The notes below the pieces were generated by a model. It searched no databases and was not told the origin of the DNA. It saw only the letters and a list, made by a program, of their open reading frames with translations. The translations under genes and the position numbers were made by a program. From Adineta vaga (Eukaryota > Animalia > Rotifera): a stretch of DNA of 64,000 bases. Below are positions 53,467 through 64,000 of the stretch, one piece after another. The DNA lies in NCBI GenBank assembly GCA_021613535.1, contig CP075497.1, forward strand, positions 5,580,001 through 5,644,000, in the 5' to 3' direction. Position 1 is the first letter of the stretch. Each line of letters starts with the position of its first letter.

Positions 53467-56400
53467 TCAATTACGATCCTTGAAGGACAATATCGTTGCC
53501 ATATTACCGTCCATATGAAATCATCGAATTCTTGTTGTTTTGATGTTGTTTGCCTAGTTTTTTTTCTTGTTATTCAATCGATGATTGAATTTATTTTTTT
53601 TATAATAAATCGAAAAAAAATAGTTTTTTTTCCTATGAGTTACCATGCATCGCATATGGTTTTGAAGAACTATTCTACATTAACAAATAGACGTAGTTAT
53701 TGAATTACATGGATGTTGTTAGTATAGATATAAACATCAATTTACAATAGAAGAGAGAGAGATGAAAAAAAACCATCATCGAGACTCATATTTTTGTCCT
53801 TGAGAGATGTACAATGTTAGTCGAACAATGAATCTTTATTTTCGAAATATATTTTCAAGTCATTCAACCTATCTCCACATGCCTTTTTCACAGTATGAAG
53901 ACGTCTACAGACAGAACATCCATCATACGTCATTCGACTCTATAATTATAACTTTGTTATAAAAGACAAAAAAAGAATATGACGCATATTATTAGAACAT
54001 CCATTCTTTTTCATTATTTATATTTCTGTGAATTGTAATTAATAACAAGCACATAAGCCAAAGAAATGCGGCTAATATGTGTACATCAACGGATGACTTC
54101 TAATCATCATCGATAGAGAAGAAAACAATAATTGATAACTAAGCTTTATCAACAACTGTGAATCGCAGTTGATGTTTTTTCTGTTGATGATGTGAAAAGA
54201 GACCTGGTTATATGTTGTTGACATTTTTAATAAATAACGATATGCGGAAATGAATCATAAATCATTATATTATCTATTTTTCTCGACACCGATTATATCG
54301 ACAACAGTTGATGTCAATGCATCTGGTCAAAGATATTCAATCAGGATAATATCCTTTTAAACTAAGCAGAATATATGATTGAATACTTATTTTCTTGTAT
54401 AGATCAACAGAACTCATCTTTCTAATAAATAAATGAATATCACGTGAGCTCGTTAGAATTTAAATATATGATGTCTAGAAATATCATTCTATATTCATCA
54501 AACATGCGTAATCTCTTAAGAAAATGATAAGTATACATCTTGATTCTATTAATATATTATGTAAAAACTAGTTTAACGTCAGGTATCGAAAAATAAGATA
54601 ATGTCCTTGAGTTTTGATGTTGATAAGATACACATAAATACCCTATATTTAATCTTTTTATTTCAATTGACATTATTTCTAGTACATATTATATGTCTTG
54701 AATATATTAGTGACTTTCCTAAAAATAGTATTCTAATGATTTTCACTTGAAAAAAAACAAGATCAGCTTGTTAGACAATGTAGTGTTCTAGATATTGTAA
54801 AAAAAAACTAATTAGTAATCTTAACTTTTTTTAATAAGATAATAACATATGAAAGAAAAAGATATAGTGTGATCGTCTGTTTGTGTTGTTATTTTTTATA
54901 AACAAACGATCTAATATCAAATAATCCATTTTTACCTGATTCTCTAATGTAATATAAATATTATTTCAAATGTTTTTAATTGTACCCACATAAAGGTCAA
55001 AACAATATTCTTTTCAATCTGTCATATGGCATAACTGAGTTTCTGAATAATAAATACTTTCATATGAATCTTTTCTATCTCTCAGACTAACAATAACTTG
55101 TAAAAAAAATATCCGTTGCCGTCAGCATGATTAATATATTCACATGTTGAACTGGCATTTAAATAGACGCCTAGATAAGTTAGGACTCTGATGAGCAAAT
55201 AAAGCTGTTTTCTATCACGGAAACAGAAAGATTTGAGGAAATCATAAACCCAGCTGATTTACATCCGATATTTATCTTTGTACTAGTTATCATCAAATGT
55301 GTTCGTCGAAGCATTTGGATTCTATTATATTTCTATAATAACCAACAGATTATCATTAGTTGGAATTATATTGTTAGATTAGATATTTCAAAATGTCGAA
55401 TTCATCTTGAGAAATGATTAATATTTCAAACAATGACGAAAATACTCGCATTGCTGTACTCAATGTAACTCGATATTTATAAAGACATTCGGAAGTAATC
55501 TGTCAAGCACGTCATCAGAAATAAATTAATCGTGAATTCAGTCATGCAACATATTTCACATGTCTAGCACAGGGAGAAAACATCCGTAGAAAGCTATTTA
55601 CTTGATATTCATTAATAAACTTTTAGATACATGAATACTCAATTATGTGTAAAAGAATTACTTGAAACGGTTTTGTATGATAAATTTGAAGAATTCATTA
55701 ATTTCAGTTGTTTAATAAATCGAATGAGAAGTGTGCTTACAGAAGTACTGGAAGACATTGTAATGAAATACGTAGCTAAGTCATAAAAAGAATGTTTTTC
55801 TTACTCTAATAAATGTTATACATAACCAAATGAATGAAAAAGTTCTGTCATATGCAAGAAACAGATAATCTTAAATTCAACGAAAGATACTCTTCAGATT
55901 CAATTACATTGACAAAAGATTTACACTACTGTCGTTGACATTGAGTACCTTTTTTCTATTACAACAGAGAAAATAAGATTAGCAAAACTTCAACAAACCA
56001 TCCTATAATATCTGTGGCAAATTCTTTTAACCTATATGACGTAATTGTTCGAATATGGTCAACAGGAATAGTTGCTTGACTTTGGGATTATGTTGATCAC
56101 ACTATATGTGAAATTTGTATGATTTCGAATCGATACTAATGATACTGAACTATATAGATGGATTCGACTAAAACAAGCATCTTTTGTACATTTTCATTCT
56201 TCCATACCATGATCATGAGAACGATCCAAATGTTGAGCACTAACAAATTGAATATGTGATTAGCAAAACAAATCTCGATACAAATCATAAGAAAAAGCCT
56301 CAGAATATCTCTACTGAGGCCATATTTCCATAGAGCATTATTATTCATTAATAATCAATGAGACTGATGATAAATAAAACACAATATGCACTTGACGAAT

Positions 56401-56616
56401 TCAAATATTATTGGATAAAGAATATGTATTAGTTTCTTCATATACATATGATAATGTTTGTTTTATTTAAGCAAAATAAAAGCCAAAAGTAACACACACA
56501 CACACAGGTCGTATTTTTCTTGTTTCACTCAGAACTGTGTACAATCAAATATTCACAACAAAGAGCACCGTTTATAAATACATAGAGAAACAGAAGTAGA
56601 AGAGATTCTTTATTAA

Positions 56617-59600
56617 TTAAGACCAAAAACGAAAACGTGATTTTGTCGAACGTAAACTATCATCAACCGATGAATCTCGTGATGAACTACGTACAAATCT
56701 TGGTAATGATGATTTACGTGATGGAACAAAACGACGTCGTGAAACTGGAGGATGATCAATAGATATACTTGCTGTTGATATAATCGTTTGATTATTATAT
56801 TGAGAATTACTTGTTCGAAGTATTGCTGATATTGAACGATCTAATCGAAAAAGATTTCATTTAAAACAAACAAAACTGAGATTGAAATTTTCATACTTGG
56901 TTTTGTTATCAATGGAAATGAAGTTGCTGTTGTCGATCTTGACATTGGTACAGGTTGTTCTGCTAGATATTGTTGAGTTTTAAGCGTTGCTAATCGTGTA
57001 TATAATGGAATTTCTAAACCTTTAGATAAATTTTCTTCAACATAAGCACGTTCGTATTCTAATGCATCGATGGTTTGCATTTTATCTAATGGTGTACGAT
57101 GTGCGAATAAGAATGTTTTATTTTGAATACGATCATATAAACGCCAAGCGAATAATAAATGAACAAGATTTTCTTCATCTAAACGAGAAACTTCAAAAAT
57201 AAAGCTTTAATAGAAGTTCAAATTTTTCTAATATTATCGTTTACCTTTTCCATCGATTAAATCTTCAAATTCTGAATTATCTAAATCAGCACGTCCGAAA
57301 TAAATCAATGAATTTCGTCGATCCTACACAAAATAACATCAATTTCATTATGAATTTCTTTACATTTAAACTCACCTTTTTACAAATTATAAGTACATGA
57401 TCAAATAGAAATAAAATCACATGTTCTTTTTTTCCATTCTGATATAAACAAGCATCAGCACGACCAAGACCTTGTGTACTTGTTTCAATCAAATTTTTAC
57501 CCTAAAAAAAATATTTTCACATTTACTTTTCATATTTTTATTTTTAAATCAAATTCTCATTACCTGCCAATGATCAATCGTTAATTGCCATTTATGAATA
57601 ACTTCAACATATTCCATTCGTCGTTTTCTTTCATTTATAAAACTTGCTACATCACGCATAGTATTAACTGCTTGTTGAATATTTTCATAATCTCGATGAT
57701 CATTATTTGTATATTTCAATAATTCATTTAATTGCAATGGATATTGACAAATACGTTGAATAGGTGCAAGAAGAAATCCATCGAATTTTAATTCAATCAT
57801 ATTCGCTTGTAAACGGCATGTCTAAATGAAATAAAAATTTAGCAAATTCAAATACTTCAACAAATATTTTGTTGAATTTACTTCAAAAAAATTTTGATAC
57901 AGTAAATTATTTTCTAATTTATTCAATTCTAAACATGATAATGGATGATTGATACAATAATCTGCATATTTTTTGAATTCTTCTTTCTAGAAAGAAAAGA
58001 ATTCAATCAATTATTTCTACATTCAAAATCATTTCACATACGTAGAGAAGAAAACATTTTCCGATGAGACTTTCATGTGGATTTTGTTCATTTATTGATA
58101 ATTTTAATAATTGAAAAAATGCTTGTTGAAATTGATAGATCTCTTCGATATTACCCATTAATAATTCAATTTGTTTTTCAGTAAATAAATCTTCTCGAAT
58201 ACGCATTTTTTTCAAATAACCCTTCATAAAAAAAAGATTGATCGTTACAAAAAAAACTTCTTCTTCTTCTTCTCTAAACTTACTTCAACTAAATTCTTCA
58301 AATGTCCAAGATAATCATGTTCAGTTTTATAAATCTCTTTAATTACATTTGCACGTTTGAAATTATCTGTACAAGGTTTAACTCTAACATCATTGGATGG
58401 ATACCATCCTTGTTGATTTGACCAATTCAGTTTGGATGATTCAATAGTGACAACATTAGCATAAACAGGAATATCAGTATTAGCAAGACAACCAACAAGA
58501 GATGATGTTGGAATCGATGGTGAATGAGAATGACTTTGAAAACCTAGGTAAAGGAGAAAGAACGCGAGAAATGAATGAAATAGAATTGATTTTATTTACC
58601 TGATGACGAAGATGACGACGATGTTGATGCGAGACATGTAAGATGTCGATTTGTTCGAATTGGAATTTCTTCATCGATTAATGTTGATGAACATTGTTTT
58701 CGACGTAATTGAATTGGATCAAAATGATGTGATGTTGGCTAGAGAAATGAAATGAATATTTCAGATGAAAAAATTCTTTTTGTTTTAAACTTACTTTAAT
58801 CTTATGTGTTACTGCTTGATGAACAATAATTGGTCGAATTTTACATTCTTTGATTTGATATTGTCGTCGATGTTTATCTGATTTTCTTGTTGTTTTTTCT
58901 CGTATTCTTTCTCCTTGATTGTCATTTTCTAATCGTTGATAATGTCGAAGTGCTTCTGAAATGAGTGTACCATTACCTAAAAATTAAAAAAGAACACATC
59001 ATTCTTTTCTTTTAGTTAATTACATTCCGACAGATAGGAAATGTTATCTTTCTTTTTCTTTCTTCAAACAACTCTTTCGATTGATCAGGTGTATAAGAAA
59101 TCTTTCCTCGTTAAATAACGATTATTCATATTGTTTATTTATTCGTTTGTATAATTCTAAACTAATGTCAATTTAAATGATAAATGAGATAATAACTGCA
59201 GATTTTCTTTTGAACAACATGCAGATGTATTGTTTAGAAAAGTTTATCAGATTGAGTTCGAATTAAAAGACAACGCATACCGATAGATAGTTATTGCTTT
59301 ATGAACTCATGTCCACTAATCTTGTCAATCATTTGAACTCATTTGATTGACCTCGTTGTTAATCGTTATGTTTAAAAAACAGTTACACTTCATTCCCACT
59401 GTGTCTATGTGAAAAAAAAAGTACGAGAAAGAAGATCAACAAACAATCATTAACACGGAAAGCCTTTCAAGAGAGTTTTACTTTTAACACATTTATCAAA
59501 TCTTAAAACAATACAAATAAGAACATTTCTAATCTCACTACCGTTTTCATTCGGAAATCACGGTTTTTTTTTTATCAATAGCTATAAAAGAATTGATTTC

Positions 59601-62287
59601 GAACTCTTATTTTTTCATTTTATTTGACTAACATTTTTGACATTAACGTATGTCTTTTCGAAAGGTGAAATTAGCAAATGTAAATACTCAAATCATCATC
59701 ATCATCATCACTATGCTTGATGAAGAGTGATAAGAATATATTGACATATAATCTCAATAAAAATGTGGGAAAATATTTCTCTTCAATTTTTAATCTACTA
59801 GCAATGAACCATGCTAATGTTATCTCGTATTTTCTTGATGTGCTCATGGAAAGAAATCTGTAAAATTTCAAACAAATCTAACCTTTTGGTGTGCTCATCA
59901 TTTATTTGATTATCTAATTCATTTTCCATTCACTAGTTGTTAATGAACTGAATGATAAATAGCAGAAAATACAAAAGAAAAAGCCTATCTAATGTATCTT
60001 CCATATGGAACATTGAAATGATAATATTTACATCTTTATCGAACATGTCAGTTCTATTTTCACTTTCGCAATCATTCGTATGATTAACGAAAACAATGTT
60101 AGGACATATGTCTTTGATCTATTATGTATTCAAAAGAACAGCAATCAGCATCTTTCTCCACTTACCGTCTGTTGTTAACAAAACGGATCAATATTCTGAC
60201 ACGAAAGTTTTACCTCCGTCTCTTTTTTCAAAAGCAAAATGACATTACTTGGTCAATCAACGATCAATCAGTTATCCTCAAGGATATTGAATTTGTCTAC
60301 AAGTACTTATTATGATTGATAAAAACAATAAAAACATCGGATACGTAATGCCTTATTCTCTTATATGAAAAGAAAACAAATGAAAAGAATTGTCTGTTAC
60401 TTACGTTTTAAACTACATCGAACAGTAACCGATGTTGACTTGCCATTTTCTTTTATATAACGAAAACGAATTTTTCTCATTTGAATGCGGAAGAAGAAGA
60501 TCTTGTGTTCTTTTACAGATGATTGTATAAAATGATGATTGAAAGATATTCAATCTAACTGAGTAAGCGAAGAAGAGGAAGAGAAGAGATTAAATAATCA
60601 AACAACCAATACACTGCTGAGAAGAGAAGGGAAAAGGAGAGGAGAAGGAGAAAATGAATTTTTCTCTTTCGTTAAATTACGTTTCACTAGATAAACACGA
60701 AATGACTTTTTTCTAGACGAATGAACATCAACCTCATACTGCGAACGAGAGAGAGAGAGAGAGAGAAAAGAAGAGTGAATGGAAAAAATCAACAATAAAT
60801 TTATGAAGAGAGAATGTTCTCAGATGACCACTTCTACGGAAAACAACGGTGTCCGTACTCATTGTCATGAAGTTCTTAAATACGCACGAATACTTACCGA
60901 AGAGTTGATGATTGTCAAGCATAAACATTGTATTTTGTCCAGCTGTTGATTGTAATGTGTTGAGCTTGAGATAGAAACAATAAAAAGAAAAAAGGATCAA
61001 AAAGATTTACAAACAAATAATGTTTCGTAATCACACTTTTTTGTTAACAAATAGCAAGATCGAATTTACAAGAGATGCAGATGTCCTTAATGATAAGTTG
61101 TTCTACCTCATTATGTCCTCGAAACTTAAAGCGTGCAAAATAATGACTACGAAGAGATAAGCATTACGTTTATGGTTTACCTCTGTTCAGAAAAAAAACA
61201 ACAATATCCTGAAAAGAATTATCTGATTGTTTTCTTCGACGATTTCTAATAAAAAAAACGAACTAACCTTTGATGATATTTGATAATCATTTAAATCATT
61301 CTTTGATATACAACTCAATGGAATTCGTATAGTTGTTGGTGCAAAAGGATCATAACCTATCTGAATAGAAATATTCTCTTCATATTTAATTTGATGATAT
61401 GGAATATATAGAAAATCATATGAATGATATATTTGTGGAAGATAATTTTGAAATAATTTTGGTTGAAATAAAATTAATGTTTGTTTATCTATTAGAACTC
61501 CATTGAATGGTTGAATAAATTGAATCCATGACCAATTTAGAATATCACAAGCGATCGATTGATAATGCTTAGAGAGAGACACATTCAATCTGAGTTGAAG
61601 AAGAAGATCAATATGAATAATATCACATGGAATGTCAATTTTACGAATTATTATTGAAGAAGTATAAGTTGAATGAATTTTGTATCCAAATGAACCAGAA
61701 AATGAAAAACGATCTATGAATATTTTTGGTTTTGATTTAAATATTGAATAATTCAATAGACGAGAACGTCGTTTTGAAGATTCTTTTGCTTTAAATGAAC
61801 GTTCATTAAGACTATGATTTAATGAAATTGATTGTCGTCGTTTTAATGGTAGAAGAAATGATGATACACGTTTTATTTTATTAAATGATGAAACAGGATT
61901 TGATTTCGGTGATGATGATGATGATGATGACGAATTTGTAGTTGATTTTTGAAAGAAAAGACAAGTTTCATGTTCTTGTTTTGGTTGCGAAAGAAGAATA
62001 AAACATGATGATGGACGATTAATTGATGATGATAATGAATCATTTTTTGAAAATGATCGTCGATTGAGTTTGATGTGTTGATCATTTGGATTTGTTGAAG
62101 ATGAACGTACAAATGAATTCGTTGTACGAATATTTCGACTGAATTTGGTTAAAGTATGAAAGAGATTCGAAAGATGAAACGATGATCGATGTGACTGAGC
62201 AGTTTTTTCAATTGATGGAGAATATTTTGAACCATGAAGAATAGGAATAGTAGTGGAAGTTTTAGGAGAATTCAAATTTGAAGACAT
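56617..62287 (-). CDS. ARHGEF9: Collybistin/Asef/SPATA13-family RhoGEF (degenerate SH3, DH, PH) with alternative 5' exons
   Basis: RANVIKEIYKTEHDYLGHLKNLVE|GYLKKMR, YADYCINHP, FFE|TCRL, GFLLAPIQRICQYPLQLNELLKYT, INERKRRME, FLFDHVLIICKK. ORF 61187-62287 splices via 62287-61268 and 60964-60898 in frame to exon 58977. The symbol marks the family (ARHGEF9/4/SPATA13). Confidence 0.88.
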
Positions 62288-62697
62288 TTAGAGATATTAT
62301 TTCATTATTTCGATTGAAATGAATCTAGAAATTAGTAAATTTGATGAAAAATTATCGTTTTGAAGAGAGAAATTCTATGTTATTAAGATTTTGTATTTGA
62401 ATACCTGAGAAAAAACGTTTGCTTCGATACAAAGGTGCGCGTTTGCTCCAGGTATGATTGTTGAAATCCAATTGGTTATCGTAAAATTTCAACGAATTAT
62501 ACATTTTTAGTCTATTTTTATCAGAGAAATCGTTTTTTTCATGTTTATTTTATAAAAAAATCAATTTTATTCTTAATTTAGATGTCGCTACAATCTCCAA
62601 TAATTTGAATTCACTGTAGCGCCATGTCAATCTTCAATCAACTGATTATCTCATACATCAGAAGATCAGATCTAATTTGTATTGAAATAAACAGAAA

Positions 62698-64000
62698 ATG
62701 AGTCGTTATAAGCACTTCGATGATGAGCTTAGTACAGCAGATATTAATGAAGCAGCAGTTTTACCTGAACTTGATGTTGATGAACCAAATCAATTAGAAT
62801 TTAAACCTCAACTTCGTAATTATGCATCAAATAGTTTTTCTTCAACAAATAAATTTACTATGAATTACTTGAAAATTTATATTTCAAAACGATCACGTTT
62901 AGAACGTTGTTGTCTAATTATCCTAACAATTCTTCTTTTCTTCATGTTATTTTTAAGTTATCTAAAATTTTATAATCGTCAACCTGAAAGATATCAACAA
63001 GAACAACAAACACACGAACGAATATGTTTAACACCAGCATGCATACAAGTTTCATCGTCAATCTATTCAGGAATGAATGAATCAGTGAATCCATGTGATG
63101 ATTTTCATGAATTTGTATGTGGTCGATGGATAAGAACAAATATTATTCCTAAAGGTCATTCAAGTTGGTCAACAACGAAAGAATTAAGTCGAACAAATCT
63201 CATTCTATTAAAAAGTATTCTTGAACAACAAATAACAACAGATAAAACTCGAACAGATTTCAATGCTGAATATGAAGCAATGAAATTCTATCAATCTTGT
63301 ATGAATATCAATGAAATTGAAAAACAACAAATTCAACCATTAGAAATTTTATTGAAAGATAAATTCAATTTTACTTTAAATCAATGGATTCATATGGAAC
63401 AAAATCAAACATGGCAACACTTATTTGCAGCATTGACGAAAACACTTTTATCAAAATATGGTTTATCATATCTATTTCCCATATCAATTGGACCAGATGA
63501 TAAGAATTCATCGTGGAATGTCCTTCATGTAAGTCGATACTAGTTAATAATTATCTTTAGCAAACATTTCTATTCGTTGAAATAGATTAATCAACCTCAA
63601 CTTGGCCTTGATAGTCGAGATTATTATATCAACTCATCGGTTAACAATCGAAATGATCCTGATACGGATGCTCGAAATAAAATTGTAAGTGAGACAGCTA
63701 TTTTCGTAAATCACGTTATCGATTGTTACACATTGTTTAGATTCGAGATACATACATCAAAGTAGCTGCTGATGTTTTACAATTAATCGGTTTCGAAAAG
63801 AAACAAGCAGAAAAACGTATCAATGATATCATTGAATTTGAAACTGAACTTGCCGTTGTTAGTTGTAAGTTATAATGTTTTTGAAAACATTTCTTTTCTA
63901 ATTCTAATTTTAATCTAGTACCAATGGAAGTGTTACAAAAACCGAATGAAACATATTATTTAATGACTTTAAAACAACTTCAAGATTTGTATGAACCATT
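62698..64000 (+). CDS. M13 metallopeptidase (neprilysin/ECE-like), type II membrane protein; 3' part outside window
   Basis: Cytoplasmic tail, TM, CLTPACIQVS..MNESVNPCDDFHEFVCGRW, AMKFYQSCMN, PDDKNS, QPQLGLDSRDYY, IIEFETELA. Confidence 0.95.

Overview
AT-rich (by eye about 28-30% GC), gene-dense eukaryotic DNA with many short (about 45-70 bp) GT-AG introns. The gene content is metazoan, and there are two intron-containing genes of non-metazoan type. Together these suggest a bdelloid rotifer, which is an inference and not a database result. Exons were assembled by hand. Genes in order: HSF1 (runs off the left end), GPI-anchored Ly6/three-finger protein with large loop insertions, NRARP-like ankyrin protein, SOAT/ACAT, DEPDC1-like, MED12, bacterial-type isochorismatase, RNF115/126-like RING-H2, EGR, LENG8/THP3-like (1-bp frameshift), short gp130/Domeless-like receptor, a 1.3-kb TA-flanked IR/DR foldback transposon, two tandem secreted G/Y/N-rich pro-proteins, a cNMP-binding protein with an antisense Ras-like gene filling one intron, CAP, SLC22, secreted intradiol dioxygenase, an orphan, a rhodopsin-like GPCR, collybistin/Asef-type RhoGEF with a split SH3, and an M13 peptidase (runs off the right end). 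No rRNA, tRNA or CRISPR array was recognised. No single multi-gene novel system is demonstrable. The best leads are the three-finger protein carrying a cecropin-like helix, the minimal cytokine receptor with a hairpin transposon just past its stop codon, the furin/Gln-processed low-complexity gene pair, the nested pseudo-GTPase, the Cys/His exon in MED12, and the two putative horizontally acquired enzymes.
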